Assembly (NCBI GenBank): GCA_965202625.1
Contig: CBDBBI010000010.1
Coordinates: forward strand, 1,280,001 to 1,344,000
Length of the DNA stretch: 64,000 nucleotides
Reading direction: 5' to 3'
DNA from: a bacterium
GTDB lineage: Bacteria; UBA8248
Positions 10,596 through 20,900 of this stretch are shown piece by piece. A model generated the notes under the pieces. The model was given only the letters and a program-made list of their open reading frames with translations. It had not been told where the DNA came from and did no database searches. The translations under genes and the position numbers were made by a program. Position 1 is the stretch's first letter. Each line of letters opens with the position of its first letter.

Positions 10596-11012
10596 ATGCG
10601 CCTGTCGTTCGATCACGTGCACATCATCTGTCAGGATATCGAGGCGATGCTCTCCTACTTCGAGAGCGTCTTCGGGGGCGAGGTCGTCCACCGGGAGGAG
10701 AACTTCCACGGCGCGCCCAACGCCATCGTCCGCGTCGGTGAGGCCCGGCTCTTTCTGAGGGGCGTTCGACCGGGCGAGACGCCCGGCTCAAACCACCCCG
10801 ACGCCGTCATGGGGCTCGACCACTTTTCGTTGGCCGTGGACGACGTGCATGGCCTCTCGGTGCGGATGAAGGCGGCCGGAGCGGATTTCATCCGAGAACC
10901 CGCCCCATCGGGTATGGGAGGCAGAACGACGGCCTACGTCAGGGGACCGGAAGGGATTCGCATCGAGCTCTCAGAGCGCGCGGGAGAAGAAACTGATCAG
11001 CAACGCGCCTAA
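10596..11012 (+). CDS. VOC/glyoxalase family protein
   Basis: FDHVHI...GLDHFSLAVDDV...VRGPEGIRIELSE; GAGGAGG RBS. Confidence 0.88.
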   Translation: MRLSFDHVHIICQDIEAMLSYFESVFGGEVVHREENFHGAPNAIVRVGEARLFLRGVRPGETPGSNHPDAVMGLDHFSLAVDDVHGLSVRMKAAGADFIREPAPSGMGGRTTAYVRGPEGIRIELSERAGEETDQQRA

Positions 11013-11029
11013 AGGCGTCGGCACCATCT

Positions 11030-11450
11030 CATACCGGCGCATGAAAGGTGCGTTCATTGAGGTGCAACGCCGCACGGGCATGGCGACCGTTCTCCTCGCC
11101 GAATATTTCCACGAGCAGTTCCCAGGCGCTGCGCTCAGCTATCCCATGCGCCGGACCGCGCGCGCGATTCTATCCAGATCGCCGACGACGGCTCTCGCTT
11201 GGGGCAAGTGATTCAGCACGCACAGGCGCGCCGATTGATACCCTTGCTCGACGGTGCGTCCGCGCCCAGTTTCATCTTTGCACGAAATCTCGTCATCCGT
11301 TTTGATCTTGCCGATCGCGCCCGATAAAAAGAGCGTCTCGCCCGCCCAAACGCCTTGAGTGTAGTTCGCCGCCGCCTCGGGAGTCGGCGGAAGCGCCAGG
11401 CCCAGCTCCTCCAGACGCGCTTCGAATCCTGCAAGAATGAACGCGCGCAT
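11030..11450 (-). pseudogene. RidA/YjgF family protein, degraded
   Basis: EARLEELGLALP...AANY...LFLSG...GYQSARLCVLNHL...GDLDRI ends at a stop; ELLVEIFGEENGRHARAA continues in another frame, and the intervening segment appears deleted. Confidence 0.75.
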
Positions 11451-11534
11451 AGCGAACCCTCAGCCCGCCGCACAAGCCAAAGAAAACCCCCGGACCTTGA
11501 GAGGGCCGGGGGCGGGCGTCCTGAAAGCGGGGGC

Positions 11535-12680
11535 CTACTTGTGGCCGTATCTCGCAGGCAGGCCGTTGCCGTTGCATTCGATCTGGTCGCTCGCGCGCAG
11601 GTCGCCCGCGATGAACTCATCTATCATCTGGCGCGAGACGTAATCCGGCATCTGCACCGGCGGATGCTTCATCAAATATGCGCTCACGGGGTAGAGCGGC
11701 CCCGCCTCGCCCCTGTCGCGCGCGACGCGCGCCAGCCGAATGGCGTCGATGACGACGCCTCCGGAGTTGGGCGAGTCTTCCACAGAGAGGCGCGCCTCGA
11801 TATCGAGCGGCACCCCGCCGAAGCCCTCCGCCTCGATTCGCAAGAAGCATATCTTGTTGTCGCCCTGCCAAGGCACATAGTCGGACGGTCCGATGTGGAT
11901 GTTGTCGGCGTCCAGGGGCTCAGGCAACTGACTTTGCACGGCGTCGGTTTTCGAGATTTTCTTCGACTTCAGGCGAGAGCGCTCCAGCATGTTCAAAAAG
12001 TCGGTGTTTCCGCCCGTGTTCAGCTGATAGGTGCGCTTGAGTTTCACACCCCGATCCGCGCACAGCTTCACGAGCGCGCGGTGGAGGATGGTGGCGCCGA
12101 GTTGGGCCTTCACGTCGTCGCCCACCACCGGAATGCCCGCCTCAGTGAAGCGGCGCGCGATATCGGGGTTCGACACGATGAAGACAGGCATGCAGTTGAT
12201 GAAGGAGACGCCGGCCTCGAGAGCCGCCTCGGCATAGTGGCGCGCCGCCCGTTCCGAACCCACGGGCATGAAGTTCAGGAGTATCTCCGCTCCGCTGTCG
12301 CGCAACTCGGCCGCCACGTCGCAAGGCGCCGCTTCAGAGGGCAGAAAAGAGCGATCCGAGGCGTATTCCGCCATGTGGGCCGCCACCCCGTCGAGCACCG
12401 GCCCCATTCGCACGTTCACTCCATAGTCGGGCAGATTCTCCCAAATCGTCTTCGTGCAATTCGGCTTGGCGAAGGCTGCGGCGTGCAAGGGCTGGCCCAC
12501 CTTGCGGATGTCGATGTCAAAAGCCGCCGCGACCTGCACATCGTCCGGCCCATAGCCGCCCAGGTTCCGGTGCATGAGACCCAGTTCCTCTTCCGGATGA
12601 TGGCGATAGTATTCAATGCCCTGGAGCAGGGAACTCGCGCAGTTCCCGACGCCGGCGATGGCGATGCGAATCGGAGACAT
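11535..12680 (-). CDS. ino1: Inositol-3-phosphate synthase
   Basis: IAIAGVGNCASSLLQG, GDDVKAQLGAT, QLNTGGNTDFLNM, EDSPNSGG. Confidence 0.95.
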   Translation of the reverse strand: MSPIRIAIAGVGNCASSLLQGIEYYRHHPEEELGLMHRNLGGYGPDDVQVAAAFDIDIRKVGQPLHAAAFAKPNCTKTIWENLPDYGVNVRMGPVLDGVAAHMAEYASDRSFLPSEAAPCDVAAELRDSGAEILLNFMPVGSERAARHYAEAALEAGVSFINCMPVFIVSNPDIARRFTEAGIPVVGDDVKAQLGATILHRALVKLCADRGVKLKRTYQLNTGGNTDFLNMLERSRLKSKKISKTDAVQSQLPEPLDADNIHIGPSDYVPWQGDNKICFLRIEAEGFGGVPLDIEARLSVEDSPNSGGVVIDAIRLARVARDRGEAGPLYPVSAYLMKHPPVQMPDYVSRQMIDEFIAGDLRASDQIECNGNGLPARYGHK

Positions 12681-12911
12681 AGATGCGTTTCCTTTCTTGC
12701 CTTGCGGTCGTCTCAGCCCCGAGAGGCGTTCCCGAGGCGGAATTCATCAGTCAGGACTGCAGCCGCCAACCACGCACATAGGGATTCAAAGTTACGTCAA
12801 TGGGCGTGAATGATCGCTTCCACAGAAGGGCGACTATATCCCAAAATCGAGATTTTCTCCAAGAGCAGGAGAAGAAATGGTTCGGGACGCGCCCAAGCGC
12901 GGCGCGGCTGG

Positions 12912-13910
12912 CTAATAGAGTAGGCAGCGGACGAAGTGTCCGGGCGACACCTCCTTGAGTTCGGGCTCGTTCTCCTTGCACGTCGCCTTCACGTCCGGGC
13001 ACCTCGGATTGAAGCTGCACCCCGTCGGCAAGCGGTTCAAGCTGGGCACGATGCCCTTGATTTCCTCAAGGCGAATCCGCGCGCCGGGCTTGGCAGTGTT
13101 GAGTTTCGGTATCGAATGGAGCAGCCCCCGGGTGTAGGGATGCAGCGGGTTCCCGAAAATCTCCTCCGTCGGCGCCTCCTCGACTACCTTTCCGGCATAC
13201 ATCACGACGACGCGCTTGCACGTCTCGGCCACCAGCCCCAGATCGTGCGTGATGAGGATGACCGCGGTTCCCAAATCCTCCTGCAACTTGACCATGAGGT
13301 CAAGAATTTGTGCCTGGATGGTCACGTCAAGAGCCGTGGTCGGTTCGTCGGCCAGCAGGATTCTCGGGTTGCACGAGAGCGCCATGGCGATCATCGCACG
13401 CTGCCGCATCCCGCCGGAGAGCTGATGGGGGTATTCTCGCACCCTCTGACGCGGCAGGGGGATGCCGACGAGGTCGAGCATCTCGGCGGCCTTGTCCATC
13501 GCGTCTTTTTTCCGCATCCCCTGGTGGAGCATGACGGCCTCGGCAATCTGGAAGCCGACGGTGAACACCGGGTTCAGACTCGTCATCGGCTCCTGGAAGA
13601 TCATCGAAATGTGGTTGCCGCGAATCTCGCGCAGCTCCTTCGCGCCCAGCTTCGTCAGGTCGCGGCCCTCGAAGAAGATGCCGTCGCCGAATATCTCGCC
13701 CGGCGGCTCAGGAATGAGGCGAAGCACCGAAAGCGCCGTCACCGTCTTGCCGCACCCCGACTCGCCCACCACGCCCAGCGTCTCCCCCGCCTTCAGACTG
13801 TAGCTCACGCCGTCCACGGCGCGCACCGTGCCCTCCGGCGTGTGAAAGTGGGTGTGCAGATTCTTCAGTTCCAAAATCGTGTCGGTGCGGACGGCTGCGC
13901 CTTGGGCCAT
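12912..13910 (-). CDS. Oligopeptide/dipeptide ABC transporter ATP-binding subunit (OppD/DppD-like)
   Basis: GESGCGKT Walker [21 protein letters not shown]-terminal HPYT...GCSFNPRC. Confidence 0.95.
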   Translation of the reverse strand: MAQGAAVRTDTILELKNLHTHFHTPEGTVRAVDGVSYSLKAGETLGVVGESGCGKTVTALSVLRLIPEPPGEIFGDGIFFEGRDLTKLGAKELREIRGNHISMIFQEPMTSLNPVFTVGFQIAEAVMLHQGMRKKDAMDKAAEMLDLVGIPLPRQRVREYPHQLSGGMRQRAMIAMALSCNPRILLADEPTTALDVTIQAQILDLMVKLQEDLGTAVILITHDLGLVAETCKRVVVMYAGKVVEEAPTEEIFGNPLHPYTRGLLHSIPKLNTAKPGARIRLEEIKGIVPSLNRLPTGCSFNPRCPDVKATCKENEPELKEVSPGHFVRCLLY

Positions 13911-14031
13911 GGGTAACCTCCTGACTCGGGGCTCAATCTCGAACAACCGATCATCAATCGCTCAATTATAGGGACACGGCGATCTGATTGTCCAGCCGAT
14001 CGGGGAAACCCCCGGAACCCCCCGCCGCCCG

Positions 14032-14670
14032 TCAGGAGGAGAGCGTCTCCCGCCCGTGGGGGCAGTCCACAAGCAAGGGACAATCCGCGCAGCGGGGGCC
14101 CCTAGCCGCACAGCGATTTCTTCCGTGGTGAATGAGCAGCGTCGAGAGCCGACCCCACCATTTCTTCGGCACGGCATCCATGAGCTGAAACTCGGCCCGC
14201 ACCGGGTCGCGGGTCGCTATCCAGCCCAGCCGGTTGGCCACGCGCAAGACGTGCGTGTCCACGGGGACCGTCGGCTGGCCATAAACCTCGTTCAGGACGA
14301 CGTTGGCCGTCTTGCGTCCCACGCCGGAGAGTGTCGTCAATGCGTCCATCTCGGCGGGCACCTCGCCACCGAACCTCTCATCAAGGCGAGCACAGCAGGC
14401 GCGTATCGCCCTCGCCTTCTGGCGATAGAACCCGCAAGAGTGAACCAGCCGCTCGATTTCGCCGGGGGCGGAGCGCGCATACGAGGCGGCGTCGGGATAC
14501 CGGGCGAAAAGAGCGGGGGTCACCCTATTGACCCGCGCGTCCGTGCACTGGGCGGAGAGCATGGTCGCCACCAGCAGCTCGAGCGGGCTTTCATAGCGAA
14601 GCGCGCAACGCGCCCCGGGGTAGGCTTTCTCCAGGGCGCGCAGAAGGCGCGCGGGCGAGGATGCGGACAT
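14032..14670 (-). CDS. nth: Endonuclease III
   Basis: LLVATMLSAQCTD, HhH LSGVGRKTANVV, VDTHV, C-x6-C-x2-C-x5-C Fe-S cluster. Confidence 0.95.
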   Translation of the reverse strand: MSASSPARLLRALEKAYPGARCALRYESPLELLVATMLSAQCTDARVNRVTPALFARYPDAASYARSAPGEIERLVHSCGFYRQKARAIRACCARLDERFGGEVPAEMDALTTLSGVGRKTANVVLNEVYGQPTVPVDTHVLRVANRLGWIATRDPVRAEFQLMDAVPKKWWGRLSTLLIHHGRNRCAARGPRCADCPLLVDCPHGRETLSS

Positions 14671-14802
14671 CTCCCTCCGACCTCCTTTGAGAATCGCGCG
14701 ATGCGTCCGGGCGTTCTTTTCAAAACCGACGGATTCGGGCTAGAATAGCAAGCGAAGCACGCAATCGCCTAGATGGAAGTGGAATGAGAGGAGAGAACTT
14801 CA

Positions 14803-15042
14803 ATGGCCGAACCTCGTATGGCCCAGAAATCGCCCTACATCCATACACAGGAGAAGAACGCGAAACTCGCTTGGTGCGCGTGCGGCATGAGCGCGTCCCA
14901 GCCCTTTTGCGACGGCTCGCACAAGGGGTCGGGCTTTCGCCCCATCGTGCTCGACGTCGAGGCGGGCAAAACTTACGCCTTTTGCGGCTGCAAGCGAACG
15001 GGCAACGCGCCCATGTGCGACGGTACCCATGCAAAACTTTGA
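14803..15042 (+). CDS. CDGSH iron-sulfur protein with two CDGSH motifs
   Basis: WCACGMSASQPFCDGSH and FCGCKRTGNAPMCDGTH. Confidence 0.92.
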   Translation: MAEPRMAQKSPYIHTQEKNAKLAWCACGMSASQPFCDGSHKGSGFRPIVLDVEAGKTYAFCGCKRTGNAPMCDGTHAKL

Positions 15043-15067
15043 AGGGGAGTGCCCACAAGCCTAAGAC

Positions 15068-15143
15068 GCGCGTGTAGCTCAGAGGATAGAGCGCCTGCCT
15101 CCGGAGCAGGAAGTCGCAGGTTCGACTCCTGCCACGCGCACCA
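15068..15143 (+). tRNA. tRNA-Arg(CCG)
   Basis: GCGCGTG/CACGCGC acceptor stem, anticodon arm CCTGC-CTCCGGA-GCAGG, GGTTCGACTCC T arm, encoded CCA. Confidence 0.97.
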
Positions 15144-15365
15144 AGAGAGCACGCATAGGTCGAGAAGACAGAAAATTACATACCGACCCCCAAACGGAAA
15201 GCCCACGAGCTAGCCTGTTCGTCGTGTATATGGTGCGCCACGCGCTCCCTCCTCCCCTTGACCGCCGAGGCCCATGCGGATAGGCTAATTTTCCTTTTCT
15301 CCTTGCGCGAGGTCTCTTGGTATTTTCGGTGGGAGCACCCAGTGCCCCGCTTCCGGAGAGGCGCG

Positions 15366-16259
15366 ATGTTCGGTGAATACATCGACAGCCACAACCACAT
15401 GCACGCCCTGACCTGGGACGATTGGGAGCTTCTCGGCACGACGGGAATGCGCGCGGCCGTGCTCTCCTGCGGCAACCCGCATCTCTATCGGGAGGTCTGG
15501 GAGGAGGCGCCGGAGTTTGACGACATCATGCGCTTCTGGGAAGGCCCGCTCGACTTGGCCGACGTCTCGGAGGCGCAGCACTTCATCAAAATCCGGTGCG
15601 CGCTCGGGCTGAGCGCGATGACGCGCGTGAGCGACTGGGAGAAGCTGCTGCCCGCGCTCTCCGGCTTCATGGAGCATCCCCGCGTGGTCGCCCTGGGCGA
15701 GATCGGCCTGGACCCCACGCAGTATTTCTCCCTCACCTGGCCGATGGAGGAGCAGGTCGCATGCCTGGAGGCACAGGCGCGGATCGCCAAACGACGCGAC
15801 AAGCCCATCATCCTGCATACGCCCACGCCGAAGAGGAGCGAGGATTTTCTGGGAAAAGTCACAGTCCAGGAGGACGTCCCCCCCGAGCGCGTCCGGCTGC
15901 ATTATCTGCAAAAAGACCTTGAGGCGCTCCGAAGAGCGGGGTTCGACGAGAGCCGGGTCGCCGTCGATCACAGCGACCAGACGACCATCGGCTACGTCCA
16001 CGAGAATACGCGCGCGATGTCCGCCATCAGCATCGGCAGCGCGCTCAGGCCGGTAAAGCCCGCTCAGATCGTCGAGTGGGTGCGCGCTTTCGGGCCGGAG
16101 CGGATCATGCTGAACTCCGACCATCTGGGCTACCGGCCCATCGACATTCTCTCGGTGCCCAAGACGCTGCGCGCCATGCGAAACGCCGGCCTCCCCGACG
16201 CCGAAATTCGCCAGGTCTCCTTCGAGAACGCGAGACGATTCTATGACCTCTCCCTATAG
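15366..16259 (+). CDS. TatD-family metal-dependent hydrolase
   Basis: IDSHNH, ALGEIGLD, IILHTP, VDH, MLNSD. Confidence 0.85.
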   Translation: MFGEYIDSHNHMHALTWDDWELLGTTGMRAAVLSCGNPHLYREVWEEAPEFDDIMRFWEGPLDLADVSEAQHFIKIRCALGLSAMTRVSDWEKLLPALSGFMEHPRVVALGEIGLDPTQYFSLTWPMEEQVACLEAQARIAKRRDKPIILHTPTPKRSEDFLGKVTVQEDVPPERVRLHYLQKDLEALRRAGFDESRVAVDHSDQTTIGYVHENTRAMSAISIGSALRPVKPAQIVEWVRAFGPERIMLNSDHLGYRPIDILSVPKTLRAMRNAGLPDAEIRQVSFENARRFYDLSL

Positions 16260-16265
16260 GGGCGC

Positions 16266-17369
16266 GTGATGCGCGAGAAGCCGGACCCGTTCGAGCATTT
16301 CTTCGCCGCCCCCTGGTCGGACGGACTGCCCGTGGTGACGCCCACGCCCGAGCGCCTCGCCTGGATGCTGGGCGGCGCGGGCAGGGACCCGGCCGAGTCC
16401 CTGGGCGACGTTCCGCCCGCCATGCGCCCGGCGACGGTGGAGAGCGTCGCCCTGCACGCCCTCATGGCGGGCTGCAAACCCGAATATCTGCCCGTTGTTC
16501 TGGGCGCGCTCGAGGCCATGCTCGTCGAGCGCTTCAACCTCGTGGGCATTCAAGCCACCATGTTCACCGGCGGCCCCCTCCTGATACTGAACGGGCCCTA
16601 CGCGCGAAAAATCGGCGTGCACGCGGGCTCTGGATGCTTCGGCCCCGGCTTTCGGGCGAACGCGACCATCGGCCGGGCGCTCAGGCTCATCATGATGAAC
16701 CTGGGCGGCGCCCTGCCGGGCGTCTCCGATATGAGCACCTTCGGCAGCCCCTCCAAATTCACCTACTGCGTTCGGGAGAACGAGGAGCAAAGCCCCTGGC
16801 CGCCGCTGCCGAGCGATTTTGGCTTCGCGCGCGGCGCGGACGTCCTCACCGTCTGCAACGCCGAGGCCCCGCACATGGCCATGGACGACGTGAGCGCGGC
16901 GCCCGAAGGCGTTCTCGCCACTCTGGCGAGCACGATGTGCGCCATGGGCTCCACGACGGCCTACACCCGGACGAACTGGGTCGTGGTCATCGCGCCTGAT
17001 CACGCGGAAATTCTCGCGCGGGGCGGGCTGACGCGCGCCGACGTCAAGCGGGAGCTGTTCGAGCGCGCGAGAATGCCCGTGGGCGTTCTGAAGCAGGGCG
17101 GCCGCTACCGGGGGCCCGCCCTCTCGCGCTGGCCGGACTGGGTGGATCATGCCGACGACGCTTGTCTCGTCCCTATGGCGCACGCACCGGAGGACGTCCT
17201 GCTCCTCGTCGCAGGCGGCGTCCCCGGCCCCTCCTCTCTCGTCATACCCGGCTGGAACACGTCGAGCGAGGCGATCACCCAAACCTATCGCGCGGACGAG
17301 AGTCTCGCGCCCTCCCCCTTGATGCGTCCCCAAACGCGCGATAACCGCGTCCAACAAACCCCTGGGTAG
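16266..17369 (+). CDS. Conserved hypothetical protein of the 'DGLPVxxPT' family
   Basis: WSDGLPVVTPT, AMAGC-like LMAGCKPEY, RANATIGRALRL, ENEEQSPW. I recall this family as often adjacent to UGSC-type (seleno)proteins; function unknown. Confidence 0.7.
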   Translation: MMREKPDPFEHFFAAPWSDGLPVVTPTPERLAWMLGGAGRDPAESLGDVPPAMRPATVESVALHALMAGCKPEYLPVVLGALEAMLVERFNLVGIQATMFTGGPLLILNGPYARKIGVHAGSGCFGPGFRANATIGRALRLIMMNLGGALPGVSDMSTFGSPSKFTYCVRENEEQSPWPPLPSDFGFARGADVLTVCNAEAPHMAMDDVSAAPEGVLATLASTMCAMGSTTAYTRTNWVVVIAPDHAEILARGGLTRADVKRELFERARMPVGVLKQGGRYRGPALSRWPDWVDHADDACLVPMAHAPEDVLLLVAGGVPGPSSLVIPGWNTSSEAITQTYRADESLAPSPLMRPQTRDNRVQQTPG

Positions 17370-17648
17370 TCCTTAGCGCAGCAGCGTCACTTTACGCGCT
17401 CGCGTTTTTCCGCAAGGCGGAAGCGAAAAAATGAAGAATACCTCATAGTCCGCCTCCGCTTTATGAGGGGAGGGAAAACAAAGCGGGAGCGGAAAAACAA
17501 AGAACTCCGAGCGGAGGGGAGAGATGAAGCATCCGTTCCGGACGCGCGCGGATTTGAGATTGACCAACCCGCAAGAGGAAACATAGAATAGGATATTCTA
17601 TGGAGAGACTTCCGCGTATTCTGAAAGTTATGGGTAGATGCCGACTTT

Positions 17649-17678
17649 TTGTCATGAAGCAGGGAAATATGGTAGAAT
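17649..17678 (+). promoter_or_regulatory. Putative sigma70 promoter with extended -10
   Basis: TTGTCA-N18-TAGAAT with TGn directly before the -10 box; it points into the repeat array and the RM gene. Confidence 0.6.
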
Positions 17679-17680
17679 AG

Positions 17681-17841
17681 GCACCTCGCACCTCGCACCT
17701 CGCACCTCGCACCTCGCACCTCGCACCTCGCACCTCGCACCTCGCACCTCGCACCTCGCACCTCGCACCTCGCACCTCGCACCTCGCACCTCGCACCTCG
17801 CACCTCGCACCTCGCACCTCGCACCTCGCACCTCGCACCTC
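17681..17841. repeat. Perfect heptamer tandem repeat (GCACCTC)23
   Basis: 161 bp, 23 uninterrupted copies counted directly. Confidence 0.98.
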
Positions 17842-17967
17842 AGCAGTCTCTCTAGATAATAAACCAACCTGCCGCAATCCGGATTCCCCTCCCCCTGAAA
17901 CGCCTGAGCGCCCGCCTGAGCGCCTTCATTCTCATCAACCTGCGCACTTGCAAGAGGGCGCATAGGG

Positions 17968-20900
17968 ATGGCCATGGGCGGGCAGCTGCGGCTCGAGCTG
18001 CGTCCGGGCGAGTTCACCGTCGCCCAGGTACTGGAGCGCATTCGGCGCGAGAGCCGGGACGAGGTGGAGAAAGGGCGGTGGTTCGAGAATCTGGTCTCGC
18101 TGGCGTTGCGGAGCAACGCGGAATATGAGGTCTCGGAGGTCCATCGCTGGGCCGACTGGCCAGAACGCGAAGCGCTGACCGGGCTGGACGGACGCGACAT
18201 CGGCATCGACCTGGCCGCGCGGCACAGGGACGGCAGCTGGATCGCGATTCAGTGCAAATGCTACGCGGAGGACGCTCGCGTCGGCAAGCCGCAGATCGAT
18301 TCCTTCATCGCGGCCTCCCAACGCGAGCCGTTCCGGCTGCGTTGGATCGTGGCGACTTGCCGGTGGACGGACAGGGCGGAAGCCGAAATGGAGAGGCTGA
18401 CGCCCGCGCTGCGGCGCATCGATTTTCTCCGCCACGCGGACGATCGGATCTCGGAGGAAGTCGTAGCGCGCCCGGTGCAATCGCCCTGGCCCTTGCAGGC
18501 GAACGCCATTGACGACGTCGTCGTCGGGCTGGGCAATCACGATCGCGGCCGCCTCATCATGGCTTGCGGCACGGGCAAGACTTTCACCGCGCTGCGCATC
18601 GCCGAGCGCATCGTCCCTGAGCGGGGGCGCATCCTGTTTCTCGCCCCGAGCATAGCGCTGGTGTCGCAGGCGCGGCGGGAATGGCTGCGCCACACCACGC
18701 GAAAACTCGTCTGCCTCGTGGTGTGCTCGGATGCAACCGCTGGCGGACGCGGCGAGAACGAGGACATCCGCCTCTCCGAGCTGGAATGCGCGGTATCCTC
18801 CGATTCCGCTGAAATCGCGGCCATGCTCGCAGCCCAGGGCGACGCGACGCGCGTCGTGTTCTCCACCTATCAGTCCCTCCGCCTCATCACCGCCGCGCAG
18901 CGCGAACGTGGCGCGCCCGCTTTCGACCTCGCGCTGATGGACGAGGCGCACCGCACCACGGGGGTGGACAGGGCGGCCTCTGATCCGGAGGAGGAGGGCG
19001 GCTTTCAGGCGGTTCACCGGACAGATCGGCTGCACAGCGCGAAGCGGCTTTACATGACCGCGACGCCGCGCATTTACACCGCCCGCTCACGTGGTGCGCT
19101 CGAAAAACGCGGCATCGAGACCGTCGACATGAACGACCTCGACGTCTATGGCCCGGAATTGCATCGCCTGCCCTTCACAAAAGCGGTGGACGCCGAGATG
19201 CTCTCCGATTACCGGGTCATCGTCCTGGGCGTGCATGAGGACTTGATAACGCCGGGCCTGCGGAGCGAACTCGTCTCCCTCGGTGAGGCACAGGACGATA
19301 ATCGTCCGGTGATCGTGCGCCCTGCGGACATGACGCGGCTCATCGGCACCTCGCTCGCCCTCAACGGCATGGTGGAAGGCCGCGACGTGGACAGACCGGG
19401 CCGGTTGCGCAAAACCATCGCTTTTGCCAATTCCATCGCGCGCTCCAGGTTCTTCGCGAAGGCGATGGAACATCCCCAGGTGCGCAGAGCGACGACGACC
19501 CGCATGCGTCGCGCCGACGCTGACGCCGAGTCAGCCATGCGGCTCGACTCCCGCCATTTGGACGCGTCACACAGCGCACTGGAACGCAGCAGGGCGTTGC
19601 GGGCACTTGCCAGGGCGGATCGCGACAATACGGCGCGCCTGCTTTGCAACGTCAAGTTGTTCGGCGAGGGCGTGGACGTTCCCTCGCTCGACGCGATCGT
19701 CTTCATGGAGCCGCGCAACAGCCAGGTGGAAATTGTGCAGGCGGTGGGACGGGTGATGCGCCGCAGCGAAGGCAAGCGTTTCGGCTACATCGTCGTGCCG
19801 GTGCCGATTGCGCCGGGCGAGGACATCGCGGACGCTCTGGCGCAAGGGGCGGATGGCTACGAGGCGCTGGGGCGCGTGCTCCGCGCCCTTCAAGCACACG
19901 ACGGGCGACTGGCCGAGGATCCGCTGCGCTTCGTGCAAGTTTACCCGACCGAGCGCGTGGGAGGTGAGGGGAGGAACGGCGACGTATCCGAGCAGATGAC
20001 GCTCGATCTCGAGAGCGCCAGCGAGGGTCTATATGCCCAGGTCGTGGCGGCATCGGGTCTGGGCAAACCCGGTCTGCTGGTCTCCCAGGAAATTGAATAC
20101 GTCGTCCGCACAGCGGCCCGCACCTTTGAACAAGCAGAGATGCAGGATGCTCTGGCGGAGGCTCTGGGCCTCCCCCGGAATGCCGAGGCGCGGAGCGTCT
20201 GCATCATCGCCGCTTTATTGCTCACCAACGCCTGCCTCCTGCACCGCCGGCTCTGCGACGTCTCCGGCATGAGCGAGATACCGACGCTGAACGAGGTCAG
20301 CAGGGCGAAGAACGTGAAGGACGCTCTTAGGGCCGCCTGGCGAAGCATTATGGACCGCGACTACGCGCCGGTGTTCGAGCCGGCTTTGGCCGTTATTGAC
20401 GCGCTTCCCGCGCGGCAATTCACCGACCATGCGCTCCGCCGCATCGCCGAATGCGCGAACGGCACTGCCGATTCGCTGAGCGCACTCGGCTACGATCATT
20501 CCGGTCCGCTCTACCACCGCATTCTTCCGACGGCGCGAAGCGACGGCGCCTTCTACACGAACCACCTCTCCGCGCTGATGCTGGCAAGACTGGCGATAGA
20601 CGAGAACTTCACCGACTGGAGCGCGCCGCAGGCTATCGGCCGTCTGCGGATTATGGATCCGGCCTGCGGAACGGGTACCCTCCTGATGGCCGCACTCCAC
20701 GTCATTAAAACCCGCGCCGCCGAAGCGCAAGGTCTGGACGAGGGGCAGGAGACGGAGCTCCACCGCCGCCTGGTCGAGGACGTTTTGTGCGGACTCGACA
20801 TCAACCGCCACGCTGTGCAGCTCGCCGCCTGCAACCTCACGCTGGGCGCCCCCACGGTGGATTACCGGCGCATGAACCTATGGACCCTCAAGCACGGTCC

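Noticed and set aside
11139-11141. Stop-codon readthrough in the RidA-like gene
   Set aside because: The downstream homology is in a different frame and part of the gene is missing, so it is a pseudogene.
15068-15143. tRNA-Arg as the attachment site of an element carrying the RM gene
   Set aside because: No integrase and no duplicated tRNA 3' end were seen in the window.
17681-17841. CRISPR array
   Set aside because: The unit is 7 bp with no spacers, and there are no cas genes.
17901-17924. 12-bp tandem duplication CGCCTGAGCGCC x2 upstream of the RM gene
   Set aside because: It is too short and GC-rich to assign a role without comparative data.
17387-18206. ORFs with VRGARCE or TSHLAPR repeats
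   Set aside because: They are translations of the stop-free heptamer array and have no other coding signal.
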